A stretch of DNA of 64,000 nt from Chloroflexota bacterium (GTDB lineage Bacteria > Chloroflexota > UBA5177), in assembly GCA_025449555.1 (NCBI GenBank), contig JANWJD010000223.1, positions 1,185 through 65,184 of the forward strand, written 5' to 3'. Below the pieces are notes generated by a model. That model did no database searches, was not told the origin of the DNA, and worked only from the letters and a program-made list of their open reading frames with translations. Position 1 is the first letter of the stretch, and the number at the start of each line of letters is the position of its first letter. The position numbers were made by a program, and so were the translations under genes. Positions 37,042 to 47,921 of this stretch are shown here, piece after piece.

Positions 37042-38456
37042 ACCTTCTCTTGATGAGGAGCTGCCAGCGTGAAGGCCAGTGCCAGTATAGGTACCAGGTA
37101 AAAGTAGTTCACCAGGCTTCGCCAGGCGAAGAACAGGGGAAGGGCGGCGAGTGCCGCCACTGACGCGGGTAGGAGGAGCCGGCTGCGCCAGAACGCATAC
37201 GTCGCACCGGCCCAGGCGGCGAGTTCCGCCACGCTGAAAGCCAGCTTGGGTGCCATGGGCACAACCCCTGAGACAAACAGCGAGATTACTCCGATGCCCA
37301 TGGGAAACATCGGGTCGGACATCGGGCCCATTATGCTGGACGCGTACGCGCCCGGCGATTTCAGAATAAAGTATCCATTCAGCAGCAGGTACACGCCGCC
37401 AATGATTCCGGTGCGCCGAGTTGCTTCCCGTAGCCCGAATCGTCGCATGATGAGTATCACGTAGAACGGCAGAAAGAACCAGGCGAGTTGCTTGGTGGCC
37501 GCTGCCAGCCCCATCAGTACAGGGCTGGTTCGAGAACGACCCCATTCCGCGAACCCGAGCATGAGAAACAGTCCGTACAGTGGATCCGGCTGCCCACCAC
37601 GAGAGAGGATAAGCAGCGGGACGTCGCCCAGTACTATCAATGGTGCCAGCCATCGCAGGGACCGAGGCATTCGATGCCAGAGGTACATGCCCATCCCGAG
37701 GATGGCGAGCGCGTACAGGAACCGCATGTCGTGCAAGCCCATCCAAACGAACGGCAAGATGAACAGAAACGAGCCCGCCGGGTAGTTGTACTTGGATTCG
37801 AACTCGTTCGGCACGGGCACGCCCGGGCGGGAGCGGTATTTCAACACGTTCAGAAACACCTGTTGTACGGCATCATCAGAGGGATACGCGCTGGAACCTC
37901 GAAATTGTCCGTCCATTAAAGGCGTGACGGTAGTCGATGGCACGTTCATGGATGCAAGGGCCGCCACGATGTTGGTCTTGAAGTATGGATTTCGTCCGTG
38001 CGATACCTGCTCTGCGGCGTAAAAGTCCATCACCGCGCCATCGTTACTGTAGGGCACTCCCACCGCCATCGCCTGCACGCCCGATACGGCGTTCGTCAGC
38101 CCGACGCCTGCCAGTACCGTTAGGCCGACCAGGGCGAGACAACACAGAGCACGGCGCACCGTCAGCGGCAGCCAGGGGCGTAGCGGGAAAGCCTGCGCGA
38201 CGCACAGAGCCAGACTCACCAGAGTTCCGAGCGAAACAAACACGGCGAAGTACCAGGTCGTGGCCGGCCGAAAATGCCCAGGACTCGCCAGAACAAGCGA
38301 CTGCAGGATGAGCGCTATGGTGATGAGCCCCACCCGCGAAAGGTCGAGCGAACCAACCACAACTTCTGTCCGGATACCGGCCAGTTTTAGCTTGAATGTT
38401 GTTCCGGCTCGGGTGGCTGCTGACCCCGAGGCGATACGCTCGCCACGTTGAATCAT
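37017..38456 (-). CDS. DUF2029/GT87-like integral membrane glycosyltransferase (GT-C)
   Basis: DFYAAEQVSHGRNPY motif and about 10 or more TM segments. Its 3' end overlaps the convergent GT39-like gene by 25 nt. Confidence 0.7.
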   Translation of the reverse strand: MIQRGERIASGSAATRAGTTFKLKLAGIRTEVVVGSLDLSRVGLITIALILQSLVLASPGHFRPATTWYFAVFVSLGTLVSLALCVAQAFPLRPWLPLTVRRALCCLALVGLTVLAGVGLTNAVSGVQAMAVGVPYSNDGAVMDFYAAEQVSHGRNPYFKTNIVAALASMNVPSTTVTPLMDGQFRGSSAYPSDDAVQQVFLNVLKYRSRPGVPVPNEFESKYNYPAGSFLFILPFVWMGLHDMRFLYALAILGMGMYLWHRMPRSLRWLAPLIVLGDVPLLILSRGGQPDPLYGLFLMLGFAEWGRSRTSPVLMGLAAATKQLAWFFLPFYVILIMRRFGLREATRRTGIIGGVYLLLNGYFILKSPGAYASSIMGPMSDPMFPMGIGVISLFVSGVVPMAPKLAFSVAELAAWAGATYAFWRSRLLLPASVAALAALPLFFAWRSLVNYFYLVPILALAFTLAAPHQEKVQGADTLA

Positions 38457-38532
38457 CGGTCTCCTTCGCCGCGCGTACTCGGCCCGTCCACAAAATTATA
38501 CACGCGCACTGGCCTGCGCCGGTTGCGTGTGC

Positions 38533-38892
38533 TCACAACCCTCGCAAGGCCGCGTACACGACCGCCACGACCACCAGCGACCCGATTGCGTACACCAGAG
38601 CGGGGGACACGTAGGTCGAGTTAGCCCAGGCGCTGAGCGCCGTCAGTGCAAGCACCATGCCGATCAAAAGACCCCAGGCACGTCTGGAGGAGCGGGAGGT
38701 AACGTACGTCGCCGTAGCACGCGGACGATAAGCAGTTCCGGGTGTCTGCATGCGCACGCCGGGCGAGCGTCCGCCTCCGAGTGATGACCGTCGATGATTC
38801 CACCAGGAACGCAAGCGCAACCGATTTCGTGTGATGTAGCGAAATCGCCAGTACATCCAATTTGTTTTCAAATTCTTCCAGACCCTACTCAT
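38533..38892 (-). CDS. hypothetical membrane protein with Arg/Trp-rich N-terminus
   Basis: ATGA overlap with the cinA stop. Two hydrophobic C-terminal segments. No family recognised. Confidence 0.4.
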   Translation of the reverse strand: MSRVWKNLKTNWMYWRFRYITRNRLRLRSWWNHRRSSLGGGRSPGVRMQTPGTAYRPRATATYVTSRSSRRAWGLLIGMVLALTALSAWANSTYVSPALVYAIGSLVVVAVVYAALRGL

Positions 38893-40151
38893 GTGCCTGT
38901 ACTTTCAATGGAGGACGCATTCCGGCGCAAAAGATCAAGTGCAGACTGCGCAAAGAAACGCTTCGCGACCTCGCGCGACGCCGGCCGGTGAATTTCGCGC
39001 ACCATCTGGCAGCCCGGCAGGTCGAGCGCCACGAAGCAGGTACCCGGTGGGTGGCCTTCTACCGAGTCGCCGCCCGCGATCCCGGTCACTCCCAGCCCTA
39101 CCGCGGCCCCAAGTCGCGTCCGGGCCGCAGCTGCCATGGAGAGTGCCGTCTCGGGACTGATGAGTCCGTGAAGGTCCATGGTTTCCGCGTCCACGCCAAA
39201 CGCACTCTTGGCGTCGCGCGTGTAGGCGACGACTCCCCCCAGGAAGTATTCCGAGCTCCCAGGATTGTTTGTAATCAAACTCGCCAGGTCGCCGCCGCTC
39301 GCCGACTCCATGACGGCGAGAGTGGCACGCCTCGCCTTCAAGGTCTCGCCAACGATGGACGAAAGAGTATCATCGGCGTGGCCGAAGACGGCCTTACCCA
39401 GCAGACCTCGGACGCGAGACTCCGTCTCTTTCACGAGTTCCTGGGCGGCGCCTGGTGTGTCCGCCCGCGCCGATATGTGGACCTGAACCCCGGATTCTTT
39501 CGCATACGTTGCCACGGTGACATTGGGGTGGCCACCAATAACGTCCGCGATTCGTTCCTCGACTGCCGACTCGCCCAGACCGAATGTCACGAGTGACACC
39601 ATGGCTAAGTGGCCCGGCAGCAGGTTCTGTAGTCGCGGCACGACCTCTTCGTGCCACATGGGCTGCATCTCTTTCGGAGGGCCGGGCATCGCCACCACAA
39701 TCGCCCCATAGGACGTGACCCACCACCCGGGAGCCGAGCCATGGGGATTGGCAATGGATTGCGCAGAGGGAATCAACAAGGCCTGTCGTCGATTACTCTC
39801 GGGCATGTTGCGACGAAGTAGCGCAAAGCGTTGCTCGATTTCGCGGAACAGTTCCTCGTCGAAGTACATGTCCTCGCCCACTGCGAGAGCGATGGCGTCT
39901 CGCGTCAGATCGTCCTGCGTGGGACCAAGTCCGCCCGTCGTCACCGTCACGTCGGCGCAACGCATCGCTTCCGATACTGCCGCGGTCAATTCCTCCAGTA
40001 CGTCGGGATACGCTCCTACCCGGCTGACTTCGAACCCAAGCGCGCTGAGTTCACGTGACAGATAAGCGGCGTTGGTGTCCACAATGTCGCCCCGCATGAG
40101 CTCGCTGCCGATCGAAAGAATCACGGCTCGCACGTTTATTTCCCTTGCCAT
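38889..40151 (-). CDS. cinA: CinA (competence/damage-inducible protein; MoCF-binding plus PncC nicotinamide-nucleotide amidase domains)
   Basis: VILSIGSELMRGDIVDTNAAYLS, TTGGLGPTQDDLT, and a C-terminal CinA/PncC domain (ESASGGDLAS, GVTGIAGG). Confidence 0.9.
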   Translation of the reverse strand: MAREINVRAVILSIGSELMRGDIVDTNAAYLSRELSALGFEVSRVGAYPDVLEELTAAVSEAMRCADVTVTTGGLGPTQDDLTRDAIALAVGEDMYFDEELFREIEQRFALLRRNMPESNRRQALLIPSAQSIANPHGSAPGWWVTSYGAIVVAMPGPPKEMQPMWHEEVVPRLQNLLPGHLAMVSLVTFGLGESAVEERIADVIGGHPNVTVATYAKESGVQVHISARADTPGAAQELVKETESRVRGLLGKAVFGHADDTLSSIVGETLKARRATLAVMESASGGDLASLITNNPGSSEYFLGGVVAYTRDAKSAFGVDAETMDLHGLISPETALSMAAAARTRLGAAVGLGVTGIAGGDSVEGHPPGTCFVALDLPGCQMVREIHRPASREVAKRFFAQSALDLLRRNASSIESTGT

Positions 40152-40948
40152 TCGGGTGCGCGTTTCGCCAGGAAGGCGCTGGTGCCTTCGCGCCGATCCG
40201 CCGTGCCGACCGCCAGACCGAAGTAGGCCATTTCGGCTTCACAGCCGGACCTGGGGCTAGACTCGAGACCGTCATAGAGCGCCTGCTTGGCGAGCGCCAC
40301 GGCCAGCGGTGCCTTCTCGGCGATCGTTCTTGCGATCCCTTCCGCGGTCGCCAGGAGTTCGTCGAGCGGTACGACTCGATTGACCAGTCCCATCTCGAGC
40401 GCCTCGGGGGCGCGCAACCGCCTCCCGGTAAGAATAATTTCCAGCGCACGCGTTCTTCCGATCAGTCTTGGTAGGCGCTGGGTCCCACCAAAACCAGGGA
40501 TAATTCCCAGGTTCAGCTCCGGCAAGCCGAACTGCGCGTTCTCGGAAGCGAGAATGATGTCGCCCGCCAGGGCTAGTTCGCAGCCACCGCCGAGCGCGTA
40601 GCCGTTGACCGCCATGATGACTGGCTTGGAGAGCGCATGTAGTTTGAATAAGAGCTCATGCGACCGGCGCGAGTGTTCGAACCCCTCTTGCGCCGTCTCC
40701 AGCGCCTCGAGTTCCGCGATGTCTGCTCCTGAAGAGAATGCCTTCTGGCCGCTTCCCGTCACGATGATCGCTCGCACGCCTTGCTCCGACCCTAACTCGC
40801 TCATCGCCTGGGAAAGTTCGGCCCGGGTCGCGTGACTCAGAGCGTTGAGCACCTTCGGACGGTCGATTGTGACCGTGGCGAAAACGTCCTGCCGCTCGAC
40901 CAGGATGTTGGTGTACGTCACTCGCTCACTTGACCCCGTCGTACTCAT
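40136..40948 (-). CDS. enoyl-CoA hydratase (crotonase family)
   Basis: VTIDRPKVLNAL, GSGQKAFSSGADI and NGYALGGGCELALAGD motifs. ATG 40948 is preferred over 41020. Confidence 0.9.
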   Translation of the reverse strand: MSTTGSSERVTYTNILVERQDVFATVTIDRPKVLNALSHATRAELSQAMSELGSEQGVRAIIVTGSGQKAFSSGADIAELEALETAQEGFEHSRRSHELLFKLHALSKPVIMAVNGYALGGGCELALAGDIILASENAQFGLPELNLGIIPGFGGTQRLPRLIGRTRALEIILTGRRLRAPEALEMGLVNRVVPLDELLATAEGIARTIAEKAPLAVALAKQALYDGLESSPRSGCEAEMAYFGLAVGTADRREGTSAFLAKRAPEWQGK

Positions 40949-41786
40949 AAAATCCACGCCCATTCTTGCGACCAAAGTATCCCGCATTGACCATCTTTCG
41001 CAGGAGCGGAGGGGCCGCATATTTTGGGTCTCGCATTTCTTCGTACATCACGTCCGCGATATAGAGCGTCGTATCGATGCCGACGTAGTCGAGCAAGGTG
41101 AGTGGGCCCATGGGATGGTTCAGTCCCAGTGCGATGCCGGTGTCGATATCCTCTTTCGTCGCCACGCCGCTTTCTACCATCCGCACAGCGTCGAGTAGAT
41201 ACGGCACCAGCAAGTAATTCACGATGAATCCGGGCGTATCCTGGGCCACCACTACCTTCTTTCCCAATGAAGCTCCAAACGCTCGGAGTCGGTCGATCGT
41301 CTCATCGCTGGTTTGCAGCGCGCGCACCAGTTCCACCAACTTCATCACCGGAACGGGATTGAAGAAATGAGCCCCCGCCACCGCATGGGGCCGAGTCGTG
41401 ACCGCCGCGAGCGCCGTAATGCTGACGGACGAGGTATTGCTCGCCAGGATTGCCTCCGGGCGAGTGATTCGGTCCAGCTCACGGAAGACACTCTTTTTCA
41501 AGTCGAGGTTTTCGACAATGGCCTCGATGACGAGATCACAACCGGCCATGGCATTGAGATCGGTTGTTCCCTCGATGCGGTCGAGAACCTCGTCTCTCTC
41601 CGCGGTGGACATCTTCCCGCGTTCGATTGCTCGCGCCATCGAAGTATCGATCCTGCGCGTGCCGGCGGAAAGAGCGCCCTCGTCAATCTCTCGCATAACA
41701 ACGCGATAGCCGCTACGTGCGGCCTGCTCCACGATGCCTGAACCCATCAGACCGGCGCCGACCACGCCCACCGTTGTGATGCCCAT
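40926..41786 (-). CDS. hbd: 3-hydroxybutyryl-CoA dehydrogenase
   Basis: VGVVGAGLMGSGI Rossmann motif, SNTSS, HFFNPVPVMKLVE. GAAGGAGAAAC precedes ATG 41786. The ORF-track start at 41876 adds 30 non-homologous residues. Confidence 0.9.
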   Translation of the reverse strand: MGITTVGVVGAGLMGSGIVEQAARSGYRVVMREIDEGALSAGTRRIDTSMARAIERGKMSTAERDEVLDRIEGTTDLNAMAGCDLVIEAIVENLDLKKSVFRELDRITRPEAILASNTSSVSITALAAVTTRPHAVAGAHFFNPVPVMKLVELVRALQTSDETIDRLRAFGASLGKKVVVAQDTPGFIVNYLLVPYLLDAVRMVESGVATKEDIDTGIALGLNHPMGPLTLLDYVGIDTTLYIADVMYEEMRDPKYAAPPLLRKMVNAGYFGRKNGRGFYEYDGVK

Positions 41787-41989
41787 GTTTCTCCTTCTCA
41801 AATCCCGCGCTGCGGTGGCAGTTGATGCCTGTTCGACGGCACGGGACGGGTAGCTCGAGGCAGGACCGCGAGCCATCCCAGTATAGATGGGCCATTCTGG
41901 AATCCGGCCGCCGTTGACAATTGCGGGAAGCCGGCGCCTGTTTCAAGGTTGACTCTCCCGACTTTCAGCCGAGAATTGGTCACCCGGTC

Positions 41990-43426
41990 TCAGTGCGCGA
42001 TTGCCAGTGCGGCCTGCATGATCTGTTTCGCCAGCGGGGCAGCCACATATGCGCCTTCGCCCCCGTGCTCGACCAGAACGACCACCGCCACTTTCGGGTG
42101 GTCGGTCGGCGCAAAACAAACGAACCACGCGTGAGGCAGTCCGCCGTCGCTGGTTTCCGCCGTCCCGGTTTTTCCCGCCATTCTGACGCCGGGGATCTGT
42201 GCGAGCACGCCGGTGCCTTGTTGCACCACCGCGGTCATAGCAGATTTCACGCCGGCAGCGGCCGCAGCGGATATGGGGCTGAAGAGAGTTCCGCCTGATT
42301 CCTGCTTGACCACGGATCCATCGGGTGCGGTGACCTGTTTCACCAGCGCAGGTTGCGGGATCGATCCGCCGTCGGCGATTGCTTCATCCGCCATCAACAT
42401 TTGAAGCGGCGTGACATACAGCGATCCCTGTCCGAAGGAACTTCCCGCCAGAGCTACCCGATCCGGAATGGTTCCGGTGCGGCTGATCGAAACCGGAATG
42501 TCGAACGGTATCGGCTGCTCCAGGCCAAAGCGGTGTGCATAGTCCAGAAATCGGCTGGTCCCTAGTTGAAGACCAACCGACGCGAACGTGATGTTATCGC
42601 TGCATACCAGAGCTTCCTCCAGTGTGATCGGAGGCACTATGACACGTCCTCCACAATCGTTTAGATTGTTGATCGTGCTCGGATAGACGTGCCCGTCGAC
42701 CGTCAGAGGACCGCTTGCCTGGTCCCCGGAAAAGCTGGTACTCAGCGAGTCGGTGTTCGAGTCGAGCGCGGCGCCGAGCGTGATGATCTTGAACACCGAA
42801 CCCGGTGTGTAAAAGCCGTTAACAGGGCGACTAATCAAGGGCGAATTTGTATCGTGGAGCAGGTTATTCCAATAAGTTGGATCGTTCACCTGGTTTGAGT
42901 CGAAGCTCGGTTTGCTCACCATGGCAAGAATCTCGCCAGTACGAGGATCGGCCACGATTGCGGCGCTCGGAGTATTTGGCAGAATCGATGCAACCTGCTG
43001 TTGCAACCGATCGTCGATGGTCAGTTGTACATCGTCTCCGACCACCGGTTTGTGCTCCCACTGATTCACCTGCAACTGCCAGTTCGTACCAACATCCTGG
43101 CCGGTCAAGAATGCGTCGTAGCTCTTCTCCAGTTCGGATTTTCCAAAGCGCGGGCTATCGTATCCTATGACCGGAGACAAACTTGGATCGGTGTACGTGC
43201 GATGGACGATTCCCTGGGCGTCGACCGTACGATTGGCCAGTATTGTCCCGTTTCGGTCGAGGATTCTGCCCCTTCTGATCTGGAGAGCCTGCATCTGAAG
43301 CCTCGGATTGTCAGTGCGAGCCTGGATGGCCGCGGCATCGATCAGCTGCCAGTACGTGAGGCCTCCCAGCATGATGCCGAAGACGAGTAAAAAGAACGCG
43401 CCGAGACGGCGGATATTCGTGTTCAA
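41990..43426 (-). CDS. penicillin-binding protein 2/PbpA-type D,D-transpeptidase
   Basis: N-terminal TM anchor, SVFK (SxxK), SDN (SxN) and KTGTAE (KTG) motifs. Confidence 0.9.
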   Translation of the reverse strand: MNTNIRRLGAFFLLVFGIMLGGLTYWQLIDAAAIQARTDNPRLQMQALQIRRGRILDRNGTILANRTVDAQGIVHRTYTDPSLSPVIGYDSPRFGKSELEKSYDAFLTGQDVGTNWQLQVNQWEHKPVVGDDVQLTIDDRLQQQVASILPNTPSAAIVADPRTGEILAMVSKPSFDSNQVNDPTYWNNLLHDTNSPLISRPVNGFYTPGSVFKIITLGAALDSNTDSLSTSFSGDQASGPLTVDGHVYPSTINNLNDCGGRVIVPPITLEEALVCSDNITFASVGLQLGTSRFLDYAHRFGLEQPIPFDIPVSISRTGTIPDRVALAGSSFGQGSLYVTPLQMLMADEAIADGGSIPQPALVKQVTAPDGSVVKQESGGTLFSPISAAAAAGVKSAMTAVVQQGTGVLAQIPGVRMAGKTGTAETSDGGLPHAWFVCFAPTDHPKVAVVVLVEHGGEGAYVAAPLAKQIMQAALAIAH

Positions 43427-44706
43427 TCACGTCGCTCCGTGATGCCGCTCGATATCTTGAGCAAGAGCCCAATCATGACGAAATTTGCGAGCACCGAGCT
43501 TCCGCCATAGCTCAAAAATGGCAAGGGCACTCCGGTGAGCGGCATGAGCCTGGTGGTGCCGCCCACGATCACTATGGTCTGAATAGCGAGTGTCGCCATG
43601 AGCCCGGCAGCCAGCAACTTCTCGAAACCGTCCTGAGCGGAGATGGCAACCGACAACCCGCGAAACACCAAAAAGATCAGGAGCCCCAGCAGGCAGGCCA
43701 CTCCGGCCAAACCCAGTTCCTCACCCAGGGCAGACAGGATGAAATCGGTGGTCACGACCGGGACGAAATTGGGGTGGCCCTGACCGAGCCCCTGTCCTCC
43801 GACACCGCCCACGCCCAGCGCGATGAGTCCCTGAATTACCTGATACCCGGTTCCCGATGCGCGTGACCATGGATCAAGCCAGAGTTCGGTACGCGTGCGC
43901 ACGTGGGAAAAGAGGTGAAACGCGAGAAAGACTCCTGCCACGAACATCAGCAGGCCGGACACTGGATAAATGGCGCGGGCCGTCCCGACATAGATCATGG
44001 CCAGGAAGATGCCGAGAAACAGGAGCGCGCTACCCAGGTCGTTCTGCTTCACCAGCAGGAGCAGGGAGAGCCCCCACATGACGACCAGAGGCGCCAGATA
44101 TTGAAACGGCGGTACCCGAATCGGCCCGATTTGAATGCGAGCTGACGCCAGCAGCTCCCGCTTCTCATCGAGATACGCGGCGAAAAATATCGCCATGAGA
44201 ATCTTCAAGAGCTCGACCGGTTGCAAGTACACACCGTGGAATCCGATCCACCGTTTGTAGCCGCTACCGGAAACATCGGTGCCTGCGACGATTGTTGCGG
44301 CGATCAACAGCAGGCCAAGGAAAGCCCATGAGTACTTGTACAGGCGGAGCGTGCTGACGCGGCGAGGAAAAACCAGGACCAGAGCGAGCGCCACTTCTCC
44401 GAGCACGGTCCAGAATAGTTGCCGGTGACCCAATGCCACATCCAGGCGGGTGATCACCAGGATTCCCACCCCGGCCATCAGCGCTATGACTGGGAAGACG
44501 AGCTGATCGGCCCGGGTGGCGAACTTACTCATCCACAAGCTGAGCAGGATCGTGCTGGCCACGTAGATGCCTGGATAGCGCAGATCGGACTGCAGAAGGT
44601 GACGATGTTGCGCCATCGACAGGAGAGAAAATCCTCCAGTCACGATTGCCCCACCAAATGTCAGCAGCGCCAGCTCAGTCCAGCGCAATCGATAGCCTCT
44701 CATCAC
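43423..44706 (-). CDS. FtsW/RodA/SpoVE (SEDS) family glycosyltransferase
   Basis: About 10 TM segments. SEDS strings GYKRWIGFHGVYLQPVELLKI, TDFILSALGEELG, PLPFLSYGGSS. Confidence 0.9.
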   Translation of the reverse strand: MMRGYRLRWTELALLTFGGAIVTGGFSLLSMAQHRHLLQSDLRYPGIYVASTILLSLWMSKFATRADQLVFPVIALMAGVGILVITRLDVALGHRQLFWTVLGEVALALVLVFPRRVSTLRLYKYSWAFLGLLLIAATIVAGTDVSGSGYKRWIGFHGVYLQPVELLKILMAIFFAAYLDEKRELLASARIQIGPIRVPPFQYLAPLVVMWGLSLLLLVKQNDLGSALLFLGIFLAMIYVGTARAIYPVSGLLMFVAGVFLAFHLFSHVRTRTELWLDPWSRASGTGYQVIQGLIALGVGGVGGQGLGQGHPNFVPVVTTDFILSALGEELGLAGVACLLGLLIFLVFRGLSVAISAQDGFEKLLAAGLMATLAIQTIVIVGGTTRLMPLTGVPLPFLSYGGSSVLANFVMIGLLLKISSGITERRD

Positions 44707-45134
44707 AGCTCGACCATCTTGAACTTGATCTGACCGAACTCCACGACGTCACCCGGTTTCATTGCGACCGGTCGTCGAACATCCTTGCCGTTGAGTCTCG
44801 TGCCGTTTGTACTGCCGGAGTCGGCTAACACCCAGCCCTTACCGTTCCATTTCACCGTTGCATGTGCCGCCGATATGAACGTATCGTCCAGGACGATGTC
44901 GTTAGCCGAATCTCTTCCCACCGATGTCGTGGAGAGGAGCGGAATGCGCTCACCTGCCTCCAGACCACTCTCTCCCGGCTCCATTACGAGGAGGTCGCCG
45001 GGTGCTCGCTCTCCCTGCACCAGCGAACGCACGCGTAACTCGCGGCGCAGTAGAAGCGCCAGCGCCAGCAGAAACAGGTAGAGTGCGACGACGAAGGCAA
45101 CTCGCCCCAACAACAGAATGTCGTCGACGCTCAA
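44703..45134 (-). CDS. FHA domain protein with N-terminal TM anchor (FhaB/FipA-like)
   Basis: TM segment, then FHA core (TSVGRDSANDIVLDDTFISAAHATV...GSTNGTRLNG). Confidence 0.85.
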   Translation of the reverse strand: MSVDDILLLGRVAFVVALYLFLLALALLLRRELRVRSLVQGERAPGDLLVMEPGESGLEAGERIPLLSTTSVGRDSANDIVLDDTFISAAHATVKWNGKGWVLADSGSTNGTRLNGKDVRRPVAMKPGDVVEFGQIKFKMVEL

Positions 45135-45141
45135 GCGTGGC

Positions 45142-45858
45142 CTACTGGTCCCACACGACCTCGAGGCCGCCCAGGGAAACTTTGTCTCCCGACTTCAACG
45201 GCGCCTCTTTGATCATTTTTCCGTTGAGCGCTGTGCCGTTCGTGCTGCCTGTGTCGCGTACCATCCACCGTCCCGCCTGCTGAACGACTTCCGCATGGTG
45301 GCGGGAAACCCGCTTATCGCTCAACACAATGTCATTGTCCGCCAGCCGGCCTATTTTCGTAGGCGAACGGAGCACCGCATACGACTGGTTATCCCAAATG
45401 AGATTTGGAGTGCCGGAGCGCGGCGCCGATGGGTCGTCGAGTTGTGGCAGTACCGAGGTGTATTGGGGCGCCGCAGGCGATTCCGACTGGATGTCCATCA
45501 TTTGCGCTTCCACCGCGAGGTCACCCGGATCGATATCCTCGTCCACGTGAAACGTCACGAGCGGGCGGTCGATCATATGGAAACCACGTTGTCTCGCGAT
45601 GCGGCCGAGATGCGACTCGAGGTTCCGGGCCATCGATCCCCTGGCTCCCTCGAAGTGCTCAAAGTCTGCCTTGCTCAAGAAGACATCGTACGCGTTCGGT
45701 ACGAGCACGCCCTCCATGCCGACCGACTGTTCCGCCTCCATGACACGCACCAGCCGCTTGCCGATTTCCACCGGCTGAAGATGACTCCCCGTGGCGCGCG
45801 TAAAGGTGCGTTCCATCAATCGTTCGACGAAGTTTTCAAATCGATCGATCAGGTTCAC
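45142..45858 (-). CDS. FhaA-like protein (DUF3662 N-domain plus C-terminal FHA)
   Basis: MNLIDRFENFVERLMERTF...LQPVEIGKRL N-terminus. C-terminal FHA (TKIGRLADNDIVLSDKRVSRHHAEV...GSTNGTALNG). Confidence 0.85.
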   Translation of the reverse strand: MNLIDRFENFVERLMERTFTRATGSHLQPVEIGKRLVRVMEAEQSVGMEGVLVPNAYDVFLSKADFEHFEGARGSMARNLESHLGRIARQRGFHMIDRPLVTFHVDEDIDPGDLAVEAQMMDIQSESPAAPQYTSVLPQLDDPSAPRSGTPNLIWDNQSYAVLRSPTKIGRLADNDIVLSDKRVSRHHAEVVQQAGRWMVRDTGSTNGTALNGKMIKEAPLKSGDKVSLGGLEVVWDQ

Positions 45859-45863
45859 CTCTC

Positions 45864-45869
45864 ATTATA
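45864..45869 (-). promoter_or_regulatory. perfect TATAAT -10 box 5 nt upstream of the fhaA-like GTG start
   Basis: Minus strand reads CTCTTATAATGAGAGGTGAACCTG. There is no room for an SD/leader. Confidence 0.4.
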
Positions 45870-45936
45870 AGAGCCAGGGCACGCACATCTTCCGTCTTCG
45901 CGCCGGGTGATCGGCAGGTGGAGCGACCCCTACTCC

Positions 45937-45976
45937 TCAATAAATTGGCCGCCGGCTCTTGGGCCGGCGGCCTTTT
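45937..45976 (-). terminator. GC-rich hairpin downstream of clpX
   Basis: GGCCGCCGGC-TCTTGG-GCCGGCGGCC (45947-45972), a perfect 10-bp stem. It is flanked by TTTT on the plus strand and AATTTATT on the minus strand, about 30 nt after the clpX stop. Confidence 0.5.
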
Positions 45977-46001
45977 GAATCGATGAATTTCGGGTCAGAC
46001 G

Positions 46002-47282
<1,281 letters not shown>

Positions 47283-47287
47283 ATAAC

Positions 47288-47905
47288 TTAACTCCCTACC
47301 GCCACCGCGGGTACATGCTCCTGGCTGACTACTTCATCCACCAGGCCGTATTCCTTCGCTTCCTCGGCGTTGAAAAAACGGTCGCGACTGAAGTCTTCTC
47401 GAATCCGTGCTACGGGCTGCCCCGTATGGTTCGCAAGTATATCAAAGTTGCGCTCGTGTAGGCGCAGGAGTTCGCGCGCGTGAATCTCCACGTCAGGCGC
47501 GTACCCTCCCAGGTTCTGCATGCCCGCCGGGTGCATATGTACCGTCGCGTTCGGCAGCGCATAGCGCTTTCCGGCCGCGCCGCCTGCCAGGAGCACAGTC
47601 GCCATGCTTCCACAGAATCCCATGCACATCGTCGCCACGTCAGGCGCAATATGCTGCATCGTGTCGTAGATCGCGAGCCCCGAGTACACGACGCCCCCAG
47701 GGCTATTGATGTACATGAAGATGTCGCGGTCCGGGTCCTCGCTCTGCAGGAACAGCAACTGCGCTGTCACCAGGGCCGAGATGGTATCGTCGATCGGCGT
47801 CGTGATGAAAATGAGGCGGTCCTTCAGCATGCGCGAATAGATGTCAAACGCGCGCTCGCCGCGATTCGTCGTCTCTATGACGGTTGGTACCAGGTAATTT
47901 TCCAT
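47288..47905 (-). CDS. clpP: ATP-dependent Clp protease proteolytic subunit
   Basis: [20 protein letters not shown], catalytic-Ser context GFCGSMA, MHP. Confidence 0.97.
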   Translation of the reverse strand: MENYLVPTVIETTNRGERAFDIYSRMLKDRLIFITTPIDDTISALVTAQLLFLQSEDPDRDIFMYINSPGGVVYSGLAIYDTMQHIAPDVATMCMGFCGSMATVLLAGGAAGKRYALPNATVHMHPAGMQNLGGYAPDVEIHARELLRLHERNFDILANHTGQPVARIREDFSRDRFFNAEEAKEYGLVDEVVSQEHVPAVAVGS

Positions 47906-47921
47906 TGCCTCTCCTTGGCGG

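Noticed and set aside
36334-37746. 470-aa minus-strand ORF spanning the GT39-like/GT87-like junction
   Set aside because: It overlaps two better-supported membrane-protein genes in other frames. Its Arg/Gly/Pro-rich sequence lacks TM segments or motifs.
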